Origin: Strigamia acuminata
Lineage: Eukaryota
Length of the DNA: 64,000 bases
Assembly (NCBI GenBank): GCA_949358305.1
Contig: OX442314.1
Location: 25,234,001-25,298,000, forward strand
Direction of reading: 5' to 3'
The notes under the pieces were generated by a model. The model did no database searches, had not been told where the DNA came from, and saw nothing but the letters and a program-made list of their open reading frames with translations. Positions 37,873 to 52,201 of the stretch are shown piece after piece (position 1 is the first letter of the stretch; each line of letters opens with the position of its first letter). Made by a program: the position numbers and the translations under genes.

Positions 37873-40800
37873 GTAAGCAAAAAAAAAAAAAAAATAATGA
37901 GTATTAATGTAAATAAACTGGTGCGCATTCAAACATAAACAAATGCAGAAGACGAGAGAAGGTAAGTAAATACGCCGCTGTGTTTAACATGGGAATTTAG
38001 CAAGGAGAAGTGGTTAGACAGGATCTGCCTTCTTAGGGTCATTATCATGCTGGTGATACTTTTAACACTGGTGGGGTTAAGAGGGAGGGGCGAGGGGTCA
38101 AGAAACTTGACATGTTATTGTCGAAATAAAGAGTTGTGTTGTGGATTTGAAATAAAAGTTTCACGACTGACGATGATCACGAAGTTTTTATTACACATTT
38201 AAATTTTGTTCTTGTTACGTCATTGAACAAACTAAGATAATTTATTAATACGTATTAAAGGAAATAAATTAAAAATTGCAGTGTTTTATTTTTGAGTATT
38301 CACCCTCTGGAGTTGGGTTTTCTTCTCTCTCTTTTTCTTCGTTTTTCTTCATTTTTGGGTAATAAAGCGACGCGTTTAAGTGTTTTCCAATCAGGAAATG
38401 AAGAAACACGGACGTACGTTATTCAGATCACGTACTTCTTTGCGAAATTCAATCTATCTTTTCCTCTTGGCTTAATAGGGGAGGGTTGGTTTGATTTCAC
38501 GGGATATAGAGCTCTTGGTAGTTGCTGGAAAAGGAGGTCTAGTATTGATCGCACGTTTCGGTAGCACCTTGATAGGGGCGTGCAAGGAAATATTTTTATT
38601 GTAGAAATGGAAGTGAAGTCGGTTTCGGGGTTAATTGGGGGAATTGTGAGGTTATCTACTTGTGGGTATTGCTTGTATTGAAGTAATTTTGAAATGGATT
38701 GGAAATGTTGAGGAAGTGGTGGTTAAAATGTGGTACGGGATAAGAATAGATGATTTTTTAATTTTTTTTTTGGTTTTTAAATTTCGAGTTGTAATTTATG
38801 GTGGGAAAAGTCTCTAATGAACCCTGTGCTCGATCAGGGTCAGTATGATCCAAGCAAAATGTTTATCTTCTTGACAGAATCCTATTACAGTGAGACTTTG
38901 GTATTGCACAATCAATAATTTGATAAATGATGGTACTGACCTAAGACGACACAATAAACCGTTGGGTTTTGGCTTTTAAACGAGATAAAATATAGTTTTA
39001 AAGTTAAAAAAAATAATCGATTTTATTATTATTATCTTTTTAAATATCCGTTCAAAAAATGCAAAAAAATGTTAAAAATCAATAAAATAAAAAAGATGAA
39101 ATAATATCACATTTTTAAACAAATTTTTATATTTTTATATGGAAATAAAAAAAATAATAATAATTTTTTATGTAAAATAAAAAATTTAAAACGATTTTAT
39201 TGCATTTTATTGAATTTTTATTTTCCAATTTGCACTCAATTGACAATTTTGAAAATCCATGAACCTTTGGTCAACACCAGGAGTCTTTATATGAGAAAGA
39301 ATAGTGGGGGATTTAATCCTCCCTTCTGCTCTTGTCCCTTCTTCCTGTCCTCCCCTACCCTCATAAAAGGCTAGGACAGTTGAAGGTGAAGGAACACTTA
39401 GACACGAAATGTTGTCTTGGTTCTTCAAGATTATTAAGTCTCGCAGAGCGTCTAATAACGTGCTGAATGAAGCGTGTGATGGTAAGAAAAAACTTAATTG
39501 CACTGGGGATTTACGGCGGATTTTTCATCTTTGATATTAGCCGAGTCTGTGGGTGTATGTGCGCCAAATTTCCATCACACTCATTAAGTTTACTCATTGG
39601 CAAGTGGAAAATCGGTTCGATTTCCTCGACTCCATTTTCCATATGCTAGTTTAATGTTCAATTTAAATTGCCCCTTTGGTGAGACAACTAATTAAGTTGA
39701 ATGTTAATGAACTCTGCGCGCCACATGTGAGATTTTACTGCAACCTTTTACCATGTGCAGACGCTTTTAGTCAGTCGATATTTTATTTTTAATTTGGAAA
39801 GTCATTTCGGCTCGCATTTCGCTCGGGTTCAAGACTTGGCGCTCAAATGTGCGCGCGTGCGCAGTGGGGTTTTGGGATCGCGTTGTTTTTTCGAGTTTTG
39901 TTTCTTGCGTCGATTTGATTTGGTTTATTGATTGTGCCAATCGATCTCTCTGCTCGTTTAAAATAGTTGTTTGGGCTAGATTTAGTTGAATTATGGCCGA
40001 ATGGGTTTGGAAACGGAAGATAGTTGCATTATTCTTTTTTTTATATCTCTTTTTATCTCATTTCATCCATTTCTTCCGAGGGAAACCTGAAATTCATGAA
40101 TTATTGACGACTTACAAAGAAATGTGCTGAGTATGGTTTGAAATATTCAGCACCTGCAAAAAGTTTTTGTGTTTGGTGTTTTATGGACAAAGAAAGTGAA
40201 TAGCAAAGTTGCAAATATTTATTTTGTATGTTTTGTGTGTTTTTCTCGTATATTTTAATGAGATGAATTAAATTTTTGAAGTCGGGCGTGGGATTTTATT
40301 TGAATTATTCAAATATTTCATTTATTTTATTTATTTATTTTGTTGGTGAGAGGAAGTGGATTGAACTTGAAATTTGTGCATGCACGTTTCCCATAATTCC
40401 CCTTTTCCAATGTAAACTGGGGTTCCCCTAGAGTGGAGAAGAGAGCGATTTCCCCCTCGATTCTGCAGTAAGCACGTCCTAGTAAATTGTAAAGGTTCGG
40501 ATAGAGAGCGAGTGAAGTGCTGCCAGATGTATGACTCATACCATAGTTTGGTGGTTACCGGGTCAGCGTGTTGTTGTGTGTATCGTTTTCACAAACTGCT
40601 GTTAAGACAGCAGTTTTCGAGTTAGGAGATCTTCACGCGAAGGTCAGGTAAGTTGTTGGAAACCACACTTTTTGTTTCATTTTTTATGCTTTTATACTCC
40701 GTATTATTTATATTTTTTGGAAGAAAAAAAATCAATGATTAAATTTTCGAAATAAAATTGTAAAATTAAAAATGGAGTGAAATTATTTGACATTCTAAAA

Positions 40801-41756
40801 TTGGGTTAAACGTTGCAAAATAAAGTTGTTTTATTAGAATTTTGGACGTAAATTTTTATTAGGGTAATAAAAAAAAGTGTTTTTTATTTATTATTTATTA
40901 TTATAAGATAGAAACATAATTTCTTTGGAAAATGCTTTTGATTTATACGGAATTTTATTTATTTCATGTGTGAAATTAATTAAATTATTTTTTTAATATA
41001 CAAAATTCGATTTATTTCTTGATAATACGTTAAATTTGTTGTCATTTGGGTTAATTTCTCCTGTTTTTTAAACAAACAAAGAGCATCTTTGTACCCAATA
41101 TTGAGTTTGGTGTCCAATTTCGAGTCCTCTGGCCTCTGTCTCTTATCCAGCTTTTAACTCAAGTTTCAACCTCAAAAATATTGATAAAATGAGGGGGAGA
41201 ATAAAATGCCAAAGTTCATAAAAAAAAACTTTATTATTATTATTATATAGTAATATAATAGTAAAGAAAATATAGAAGTTCCACAGCAGCTTCTGTTTGG
41301 TTTAATCATAGCGAAAGGCGTATAAAGTAGCATTAGCATAAAGCTTTTGTGCTAAAGAACCCCTAGCCTAATAAAATAGGAAGTCTTGCAGCGAAGGGCA
41401 ATTGTGTGGAAGATAATTTTATGGATATATGTGACATTGGGATATTTCTGTGTGATTGCGAATTGAATTTGAAGGACACAGATGGTCGTTTTCAACAGAT
41501 GGCCTCTCTCTTTCACTGCTTTGACCCAGACAAACAGTGGGCTTAGAAGTGTGAGAAAAATGTTGGTGGGTGGAAAATATATAATTTGTTTGTTTGTTTG
41601 TCAAAAGTAATTTGGTTGTGGGGGGTTTGTTCTGGCAATTGTTTGAGTTGGGAGTTTGTTTAGGTTCAATTGAGTGGAAGAATTTATTGTCTAAATACAT
41701 TAGTTGCTTGTGTTTAATTACAGTAAATGCATAGATTTCCCTCGCAATGGTTTTTT

Positions 41757-42056
41757 ATTAATTTAGACATTTGTTTTAGTCGTGTTATTCAATTTAGACA
41801 TTTATTTTAGTCGTTTTGTTCAATTTAGACATTTATTTTAGTCGTTTTGTTCAATTTAGACATTTATTTTAGTCGTTTTGTTCAATTTAGACATTTATTT
41901 TAGTCGTTTTGTTCAATTTAGACATTTATTTTAGTCGTTTTGTTCAATTTAGACATTTATTTTAGTCGTTTTGTTCAATTTAGACATTTATTTTAGACGT
42001 TTTGTTCAATCTAGACATTTAATTTAGTCGTTTGTTCAATTTAGATATTGAGTTTA
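41757..42056. repeat. 31-bp tandem repeat (TTCAATTTAGACATTTATTTTAGTCGTTTTG)n, ~9-10 copies
   Basis: Period 31 (e.g. 41821 vs 41852). Confidence 0.95.
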
Positions 42057-43890
42057 GTGGTATTGGTAAATTTGGTCCATTTAGACCCGCATTGTAATGG
42101 ATACTGCATTAATAGGTATCCCGCGTTTTATTAGAGCTTTTAGGTATATGTATGCTTGAATTTTCCTGTTTGCTGTACATTTTTATTTTATATTTGAAAG
42201 AGATGTGAAATTTGATTTGCATATCATCAAAAAATGATGTTTACATTATGTAATTTACTCCATTTTCTGTCACTGGAAACACATGATTCATTCATAAAGA
42301 GCGTGGTCAAGTCGAGCGATCATATTTTCATTAAAACTGAGTTTAGATGAAGAGATAACATAATGGTTTAATATATCTGCAAAAATGGGGCTCTATATAT
42401 CTTAATATCAAAACCATAAATCTAACAGAAAAGGATTAAATGATTTTTACATTTTTGGATTTTGTTATCCATATTTTTTTATGATCCATAACTTGAACTT
42501 GAAATTTAAATTTTTGGCTTAGGAAACTGGAAAATGTTTTGCAATAAAATGAATAAAATATTTAGAGCTTGAAGAAGCTTGGTGATTCTTGCAGGCCATT
42601 GTGTATAAGACCAGATGCGTCTCGCTTGAGTGCATGCGGCAGTACAATCAGCAGCCTTTCAGCTAAAGGTTCTCAGGTATACCAGTGGCTTAGTGGTCAT
42701 TTCTCAAAACCCGGCAAGCTTCAAACAATGTTATACGAACAATGTAAATGAATTTTTCATCAACATTACAGTCTGCACCTGGTATCTTGATGCCAAATTC
42801 AAACATTAAATTTTATATTTTGCACATGAAAGTATAAAATTGTTTACTGCACACGAGTGAATAGTGTTTTTACACCTGTTATAATTTTTAAAAATCAGTG
42901 TATTGGGTTTATGTGTGCGCACGCGCAGACAGGGATTTGTCAGTTTGATTTTGCATCAAGGAGGGTTCGGACTATAGATGGGGTATGTTAAACAAAAGAG
43001 CAGAAAACGAACTGAATTAGGGGATAATAAGCAATAAATAAGTCAGCAATAGGGTGGTAGAAGGTAGATATTAAGGGGGTCGAGGAAAATGATTTATTTC
43101 ACCGGAAAATTCATTGTTTTGCGTGAAAATGCATTGTTTTGCGTGAAAATGCAATTTTTTCAGCTCAAAATGAATTTGTTTCCCATAAAAATGTATTTTT
43201 CCACCTGCAAATTCATTTTTTTGGAATGAAAATAAGAAAATGTTATTTCTGGATATTCATGGCAGAAACGGATTTCCGCTTTTCTGGCCCCTTCTGGCAG
43301 CCATTTTTTGGGGCCCTAGCCCTAATAGACCCTTGGAAAAATGAGGTCAGGTGATACGATCATGATCATAACAATGGTTGCCTACCCCCTCTCTACGAGA
43401 TAAACCATTGCAAAATAACATTATAACATTATTAATTTGTAGAGGTGGAGCCAAACTGCATTACGTTATAATTTTCCAATGGTCTATCGAAAGGAAAATG
43501 TCCAAGAAAATTTTCTTGTCCAAAATTTTTCTTAAACAAATATTTTTTGGAACTAAGGGGCCCCGCAGTCCCATGGGGCCCTTCTTTTTCCAGAACCTAT
43601 AAATCTGCTCTTGTTGGAAGTGCTCCGGGCCCCCAAAGCCTTAATCCAACCATTATTAACCCTAAATTTTTGTTTGTTGTTCGCAGTAATGAAAAGTGAA
43701 ACTCTGAACTTCATATCTTTATTCAATTTATTGGGTATCTAAAAACAATAGGCGTAAGGAAATGTTTTTATTGTTAAACCATAAAATTTATTGACCAGTA
43801 CAAGTGCATTGTTCGTTTGATAGCTTTTGTGTCAATCTTTATTATTTTTCTAATGTTTTTTTCTTCTTCTTCTCCTTCTTTTTATCTCAG

Positions 43891-44041
43891 GTTCCAGCCA
43901 GCACGCTTCAAAAACACCATCAGCGTCGAGTTCTCGTTCAGCATCCCCAAGTGCATCATCAATTCATTCCTTCATTCCACAGCCAACTACCGGCAAACCT
44001 GCTCCATCCAATAAGCACACGCAAGAAAAGCAACAGTATAG
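43891..44041 (+). CDS. sick: Navigator exon (GSSQHASKTPSASSSRSASPSASSIHSFIPQP...)
   Basis: Long pyrimidine tract plus ctcag; open in phase 1 to 2; exact donor (44035 or 44041) uncertain. Confidence 0.8.
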
Positions 44042-45198
44042 GTATTATTATATTAAAAAGAAAAATTTATATTTTTTAAATTTTCAGCCAATGGGATTTA
44101 GAAAACTCCATAAATCTTTGCTCGTGACTTTCATTTTCGCTTTGTTTCGTAACGAGATTAGTGATTTATCGTATCCAAAAGCAAAAAAAAAGTTGAAACA
44201 AAAATTGTTAATCACGTGGAAGTATTGTAATATCGATTAATAATTCAAGTCGTGGGAAAATAAATGAAGTCATTTGTAAAAGGTACGCCTTCTGGCCTCG
44301 ACCGACGTGTTTCCTGTTCTTGAAAACAATCATAAGAGGTGTTAGGGGAATGTCGGATCGATGGAACTTGTGAAAGCGTTTTCACATTTTTTTTCGGGGG
44401 TTGGGGGAATTTTATGAGTTGCTTGCACAGATTAAAATCTGCTTTGCATTTTGTACATTTTTAAGATAAACAGTCGAGTGCGCGTATTTCTTTTTCCTGC
44501 ACTTGCACGTGTTTCATTAGGATTTGCTTCTGCACGTAACGCACCTGCGTCTGGCTGGGTGGAAAATTGAGGCAGGTGGCGTGTAATGGATTTTGTGGAT
44601 ATCTTTAAAAGAATGTTTTGTTAAGTTGTTACAACACTCGGTAAAAGGGAAATCCGTGTACCGAGCGAGCTAAATTGTATTTCTATAAAAATAAAATAAA
44701 ATTTGCACAAATTTTCTTGTTTTTGGGGATAATTATATGGAATTTTGAAGGAATTGATCCATTTTATTACCTGTATTTTTATTTTTAGTGGCTAGAATGC
44801 CTAAACTAATCAAATTTACCCAAAAAAGTGTTTTTTTTTTAAAAAAGAAATCAAATAAATCATATTTAGACGTTATTTGTTGGGATATTATCGAGTTCTC
44901 AAGTGCTCATTTCCGACATGGCACTTTTTTTTATCGTTGTTACATTGACCACTTTTTTGGCACCGGTTTACTGTGCTTTATGTTTTCTAACCTGTATTCG
45001 TGATCCACTTTTTTCCACCACTGAAAGTGTTTTTATTTTTTTGTTATTATTATTATTTTTTATTTTATTTATTATTAGGCTATTCTTTATAACTGCAATT
45101 ATTATTTTCATATGTGTGACATAATGTTGCTAATCATTTATTTATGAAACTAGTTTTGCCATTTAATTAATTCAATGAAATTCCCTTTCTACCTGCAG

Positions 45199-45347
45199 GC
45201 CCGTGGCTCAATCCAATAAAAGTAACGTGACTTCGCGTCATTTAAACAGTGCTTCGACGACCACAGCAAACACTAATCTGGGAAAAAATTCTATGCTAGA
45301 TAAATTCAAATTTTTTAATTCCAAGGACAAAAGCGAGAGGAGTAAAG
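45199..45347 (+). CDS. sick: Navigator exon (...NSMLDKFKFFNSKDKSERSK)
   Basis: cctgcag acceptor; SMLDKFK motif; phase 2 to 1. Confidence 0.88.
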
Positions 45348-45555
45348 GTACTTACACATTTAATTAATTAATTTTGTTTGTTTTGTTTTTAAAAGCAATT
45401 AAATCGCGCAATTTTTAATGTTTTCTGCTAAAATAAAATAAACACGAACCTCACGTATCAAATTACACAAAACCTGATCTTTCTTTATTGTGTTTTCACC
45501 TGCCAGTGACTCAATTTTATTTATTTTTAATAATATTTTTCATTTACTTCCTCAG

Positions 45556-46164
45556 CTGTTTCAGTATCAAAGCGAACGAGCAGTAGCAGCGGATTCAGTT
45601 CCGCGCGCTCTGAAAAATCAGATTCTTCCACGAGTTTATGCAGCGAGCCCAAACCAGCCGTCAACGCCGTCAGTTCTGATGTCCCAGATAACATTTCATC
45701 ACTTGGGAGTTTGAGTCCGAAATTAGGAGGCGTGAAAAGCCTAGCCCGCAAAACCTTCGGCAAAAGTACAAATAATAATGAGCAGAAACCTGTAGTTAAG
45801 CCGGCAATACAAAAATCGGCGGGCAAAACACTCGCTGTCAAAGATAGTGCCAAATCGAGGGGTGATGAGAAGCCATCCAGGTCCGAAGCGAGCGCAAAAT
45901 CGGATGACGTGGTGCAAATTGAGGATTTAGACGACGAATGCGGCGTCCGCTGTAGGAACCAGCAATCCGATAATGGAAAAGATTACACCAGGGCGTTGGA
46001 TCTAGAAAATCATATCAAGCAGTCAAAAATAAGCCTAATTCCCAAAGGAGGAGATAAAGCTAAAAGCGGTGGGATAACCGCAGTTATTAGTCCGACTTCC
46101 ACGATGAATCCCGGTTTTGCGTCCAATGCGTGTAGCATACCGAAGCCAACAGCAGCTATCAAAG
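45556..46164 (+). CDS. sick: Navigator exon (VSKRTSSSSGFSSARSEKSDSSTSL...IPKPTAAIK)
   Basis: cctcag acceptor, G|GTAATG donor; includes ORF-track 45711 frame. Confidence 0.88.
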
Positions 46165-46253
46165 GTAATGCGACGATGCAAACAATAATTATATTTTCCA
46201 AAACTTGGGAAGAACATTTAATACAAGTATATATTATATATTTGTATTTTTAG

Positions 46254-47169
46254 GTACGACTAAAATATCAAAAGACGAGAAAAGTATACCTACAAACACT
46301 GTCACTGCTCAAGTTAAAACGGTTCGGACAAACGCAGTTTCTTTGACTGCGAAGGTTCACGCAACGCCATCCGCCAATATATCTAAGAATTGCGTGAAAC
46401 CGTTGAAATCCGACGCTTCCACGCTGACCGACCCGCCGAAACCGGTCTCTCTATCCCAGAGCTCGTTTCCACGGAATGCGAAAAGCGACCGAAAGCGGAG
46501 CGACAACAACTCGAGCAACGTGAGCATCGCCATGGTGTCGCCCATGCAAAGCATCGGCAAAGAAGTGTCGCAGGAACAGATCATCCAGCACCGTTCCAGC
46601 CCTAAACTATCGACTCACAGTAAAGTCGAGACCACTTTCGACAACACGGATAAAGTGATAACGCGGGAGACTTCGCTGAGCAACCCCGCCCAAGAGACGA
46701 CGTTCTCCGAAGAGGCGGACGACATAATGGTCAACATCAAACCGATGCAACCGATAATGAGGGCGTCGCCGTACAGTTACACGCGCAACTTGGGAGTGTA
46801 TTCGCTGTCACGGAGCGTTGCACCGAGTTTACACGTTTCGCACATGGGACTGCACAACGAGAGGGGGCAGCGGATAACGGCGCATCACGATCATTCGGGG
46901 ATTTACGCGAGTTCGATGAAGTGCGTGGCGAATCCCACGCTGTTGGACGCTGATTACGCGTGCAATGTCGATCACGCCAACTTGACCAATGGGTACATGT
47001 CCGATGGTGACATGTTGAGGTCTGGACGGAGTGATGATATCGGAAGTGGATACATGAGTGAAGGGGGCGCTTCTTTGTATGCGAGGCGGGTTCAAGCGAG
47101 GTTGAGAGAAGGACTTGCGGCTGTGAAGGAGTGCATGCAGAAGTCAACGAGTTACATATCTAGTGATAA
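46254..47169 (+). CDS. sick: Navigator exon (...NIKPMQP...GYMSDGD...SGYMSEGG...)
   Basis: ttttag acceptor, AA|GTAAGT donor; ORF 46205-47173. Confidence 0.92.
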
Positions 47170-47754
47170 GTAAGTGCAATTTTGGTCTACCGGTAATTGG
47201 TTGTTGACTGAAATGTTGGTTTTATTCAAATTTTGCACGGCTTTTCGTGGAAGTGTGACCTTTAAACCTGATTCACTAATGCTTGGATGAGTATGAGTGG
47301 GAGCCCATTTGGAAGTATGATGATGCGATTTGAATCTGGGATGCCAGTTTGATTTTCATTAGTCGGTAATTAGGGGTTTTGAAGATTTAAATTTTAACGC
47401 TAATTAATTTATCGTGTATGACTTTTAGATTTAGTTTTATCATCTTATCTCTGGGTTCTAATTGAAACCGCGCAAACATAATAATGACATCATATCATAA
47501 TTTTCGTGAAGGACTCGCCGCCTTAATCTTAATCTTAAGGACAGAGTCTGTGGGAAAAATAATCTCTCTAGTTATCTCTCAAGAAGCACGTCCGATATTG
47601 ATAGAGAAAGTCTATATTGTTTTTATGGCGAAGGACATCTGCTAACCGCCTCCAACTGGGTTTTCTGTGGTTTTTCCAGTTATCGATGCGAATGCAAGGT
47701 TTGATCCTCGAGAAATCATTCCGCAGATTTCTTAAATGCCTAGTGAACTCAATT

Positions 47755-48062
47755 ACTACGTTTACATGCATGGAATATTTTGAGTGAGATGAAATATTTC
47801 GTGTGCACAACTGTCACGTACACAGGGATGACAAGGATTATTCGAGTTGTGAATAATCCCTCGCAGAAGGTTGTTTAATTCGAGTGAACTCAAACTATTT
47901 TTATTGCGCATGCGCGCATCGCTTCCGACACTTCCCCATTGGTCGAAAACCGAAAGTGATCACGAATTATTTCCTGCACGTAAACGCAACAATTTGATTT
48001 TTTCACCACTCGAATTATTCACCAGATCACCACTCAAAATATTCGGTGCATGTAAACGTAGT
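47755..48062. mobile_element. MITE with ~30-bp TIRs
   Basis: ACTACGTTTACATGCATGGAATATTTTGAGTG ... CACTCAAAATATTCGGTGCATGTAAACGTAGT. Confidence 0.75.
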
Positions 48063-49443
48063 ATAAGTGGCGATATTGTAACGATATTAAAACCTGACTG
48101 GTCTTCGTTTAATCTGTTTCTGGAGATGGAGAAGGGAAAAATTATTTTCCAAACAGCGGGGACTATTTATTTTAGTTTTCACGCTTGTACACTGGCAGGA
48201 GCACAGGTTTGTTTTTGTAGCAAACAAGCAGGAAGTTGAGTTGTCAACAATCAATAAACCAGCATTTGGCAGGTTTTTATCTACATGTTTACAATTTTAA
48301 TTACTAAAATTAAAAATCTCTCTCTTTCTAAGCATAATGTTTGACATTGAAAGTTCGTTTCCATGGGTTTTGTCAATTGCACACCAATTTCTAACGAGAT
48401 CCTTTCGAGTGTAGTGATTTTTCAATGTCAACAACCAGATAAAGCGATCAATTTTCCACACTGGTGGGCAGTTAGTTATGGTTCATGTTCGAGTTTAAAA
48501 AACGATAAATTTCTGCTTGGGTTATGAAATTAGAAAAAATGAAAACAGATAAGTCGAAAATAAAAATTAATTGGTGCCGGGATAATAACAACAGGATTTA
48601 TTGCATTGGGAATTGAAAAAAATGTGATTTTTTTTTTTTGATTTTTGCTTGAAACGATTAAATCTGTTGGTTGCAAGCATCATGCGAGCAATAACTCAGA
48701 TAAATGATGTGGATTATAAAGCCAGTTGCTAGGCAACAGGTTGTTTACTTGCATCCAGTGTTTGAATAAAAGTCTCCCTTTTGCACTAATAACCTTTCTT
48801 GCCTTCGTCTTGCTTTGATTTATGTATATTTTATACTGTGTTTTCCTTGCATGTTTCGATTGCGTGAATAACATCAACAACAAAAAATGATTGTTGATCA
48901 TATAACTCATGCCTGTGCTTTTCTTCTCTCTTCTAGATCTAATGCAGCTCTTCCATGTATAGGGTAAGTGAAAATAAGTCATGTACACATTTCCAGACAT
49001 TTATTACAAAGAATTTCTGGAGATGTTGGGCAGTAATGGTGGCTTAAGTGGGATATGCAACATTCAAAAAGTCGTTTAGACGGAACAACATTTTTAACGT
49101 ATTGAAACAAACTTCGGACTTGATATTCATTTCATCTGGATGTGGTCAGCTTTATTTTACAATAATGACGTGTTTGTGTTTAAAATTTTATAACAATCGG
49201 CAAATAATTGTACAGTCTGGACAAAAAAAAACTTTCCTTCAGTTTAGCTGTTTTAAGTTTATCATTATTTTCCCAGTCTATCTTTTAATACTGTTGTTAG
49301 GGCAAGACGAGAGACCGGGTCAAGATTGATGTCATTGAATCTCAATGGATTTTTATGCTACCTGGTAGATAAACTTAAAACAGCTAAACTGAAGGGAAGT
49401 TTTTTTTGTCCAGACATTTGGCAATGAAAAAACGCATCGTCTA

Positions 49444-49621
49444 CAGTAGAGCATCAATTGTCGGAACTCCGGTTATCCGAACAGCCGAAAGCGATTTGTT
49501 TATTGGTTTTTTTACATATGCAATACACCATGTGTATAAACCTAATGTTCGATTATGCAAACAAATCGGTTTTACGAACACCTATGTCTCCCAATTAGTT
49601 GGGATAATCGATGCTCTACTG
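49444..49621. mobile_element. Tc1/mariner/pogo-like MITE
   Basis: TA|CAGTAGAGCATC ... GATGCTCTACTG|TA. Confidence 0.75.
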
Positions 49622-50874
49622 TACTTACTTTTGAGAGATGCTGTAGTCTGCTTTCAGTCACAGTGCGCATGGGCACCATGTTTAGACAGCAAACTAGTTA
49701 GACTGCAATTTAAAACACGTTTTGGGTATGTTTATACATTTTCCAATTAAATTACTTATTTAAGAACTTTTGTTGTTCGAATGGCTGTCTAAAATATGCA
49801 TTTAGACGGGTTTAAACAAGCTAAACCAGACAAGACGACGTTTCGATTAATGCAGCTACTGATGCCATCTTTTAATTAGTGTCTAAACAACCGTTAAATG
49901 AGAAAAGCATTTTCTCTTCCTGTGACCTTTAAAATTGTCATTACACATTACAAGAAGTCCATATTTCCTCTTTAAAACTGGAATAACTTCTTTCCCTTCT
50001 TTCCTCGTGAAAAAAACGAAAGCAACACCCCATTAACACACAAAACCTTTCATTATGAAACGTCAACTAAACGAGTAAACTGGGGAATTGATTCTAACCC
50101 CCGCCTCCCCAATCCCCACCACCTTGATATCAACAGTAGTGTGTTTCAACAAGTATGAAAAGGGTGGCAGTGAACGAACCCTACTCTCGCATCCTCTGGT
50201 TTAAATGAACCTTCCCACTGACGCATAGGGTTGGATGGGACGCAGACACTGCGGCACCAAATATGACTCCAACATTGCAGTTCTTCCTTTTCAACATTCA
50301 TCGGGTTTATTGTCAGTGTGGCTTTCCCGCACTGCTCTAAGATGGTGGTCGGGTAAAATAGCAGGAAGAATGTTTAATTTATGATGTTTCCACCGTGGGA
50401 TTACAAATATTACTCTAGTGATTATTATGGGTAAGTGTTACTCTCACAACTATCGTAATAAGTGGCTAGTTAAAAGGGTTAATGGCCGCGCTTTGTTATG
50501 ATAATGTACACGTAATGAGATTTGTAATTCATAACGTGTTATGGGGTTTTTCTGGAGAGAAAAAAAGTTTTTTTTTATTTTGTTTATTTTTATTTATTTT
50601 TATTTTTTATTTTTTATTTTGGGAAGGATTAATGGGTTTATTGGGTGCTCGAGAATTATAAATTATCCTTCTTTGAGCTGTCTGAAAAGATAAGAGTGGG
50701 TTGGTGGCCATTAGAACATGTTGCCTTGAGTGTAATAAGAAATCAATTTTAATGTAATTTGTAGCGGACAGTGATGAATGATAGCGGCTAATCTCTTATT
50801 TGTTCGGGGCTTACTTAACTAGGCTTGATGGCAGGCGGTTTTATTTATTTGATTGTTTTGTTTTGTTTTTGCAG

Positions 50875-51171
50875 TTATGATGACAGTAGTTCAGTGAGCA
50901 GTGGTATCAGTGATACAATTGCAGAGATGAGCACAGATGAGAATTTGACAGCATCATCTGTGAGCTCGGAACACACAAATCCATACGCTAGTCTTAAACG
51001 GATGCCGAAAGAGTTGTTAAATAGAGCTCAGTACTTTACCGGCAACGATAATGGAGACCGGTCCAAGCGGACACAAGAAGTGGTTAATTTTGGAAGAAGT
51101 AGTGGTGGGAGCAGCAAGTCTTCGGCGTTTAAATCGAGTACCGGTCAGCAGACTGAAAGTAGCGCCTTTAG
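50875..51171 (+). CDS. sick: Navigator exon (YDDSSSVSSGISDTIAEMSTDENLT...)
   Basis: tttgcag acceptor, AG|GTATTA donor; phase 2 to 2; conserved NAV motif. Confidence 0.92.
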
Positions 51172-52201
51172 GTATTATAATAATATCACGCAATTTAGGG
51201 GTCGGGAATCAGGATGGAGTGCAATTTTTATTTTATTTATTTTTTTTTTTGGAAATTTTATCGATTCACACTGCTAGGCATTGAGTAAATCGATTTTAAG
51301 ATTTTGTTTTTTGGGAAATAAATTTTTGACTGGCAAAAATTCAATTTATTTAATGGAATATTTGTTGGTGGAATTTTTTGGTATTTTTCTTTTATTGGAT
51401 TTATTCTAATATAAACAATTTCGGAAAATACGAGTGGGGTTGCGGAATATATTTTTTCGTTTTTGGGAGTCGAGTTTGCAGGATTTTTGGGATTTAAGAG
51501 ACTGAGCAGCATTTTAAACAACATAATTAAACTGCTTGTCTCGATCTAACGTCAAAAATGGCGACTGGTTTAGTCTGTTTTCAGTCGTAGTGGGCACGAG
51601 CACGTCATTTAAACACAAAATATATTTAATTGCAAGTTGAAGATGACTTGATGAATGCGCCTTGTATTTGGTCAGTTTGCGGTTCCTCGTGTGACCAAAA
51701 TGATAAAAACAGACACTGTCCGCCATTGTTGCGGTTTTCTTCAGTGGATCGAGGTCACGTGAGCATTCGTGCATGCGCATTTAATTGTATAAGATTTTCA
51801 ATTTATCAAGACCCAAAGCCGAATGACAAATTCCATAAGCATTTGATGTCAACTTAACTCGTATGGTTCAAAAATATATTTTACAATACCGTAACGCTTT
51901 GAATTGGCGCCGGGCCCGATTAAGAAAAAAATTGTTGAATTTTACTAAAAGTACGAAAACAAATTTCAAGATCCGCCCGGGCGTTTATTTGAAGCATCTG
52001 GTGTATTATTTGTACATTAAATAATGCATTTTATAATGCATTTGAAAATGCATTGCAATATAATTTCAATATACTTTTTAACCATATGAGAAATTTTATG
52101 TCTGCTTACCGTGTTTTGTTACATCTTAACTCATTGAATACAAACATCAGTGTATATATAAGTTGTAATTACTGAAAATAATTTTTTTTGTCAATTTGCA
52201 G

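Noticed and set aside
45527..47147. Antisense ORFs over the large navigator exons (also 52169-53078)
   Set aside because: Explained by the + strand coding exons.
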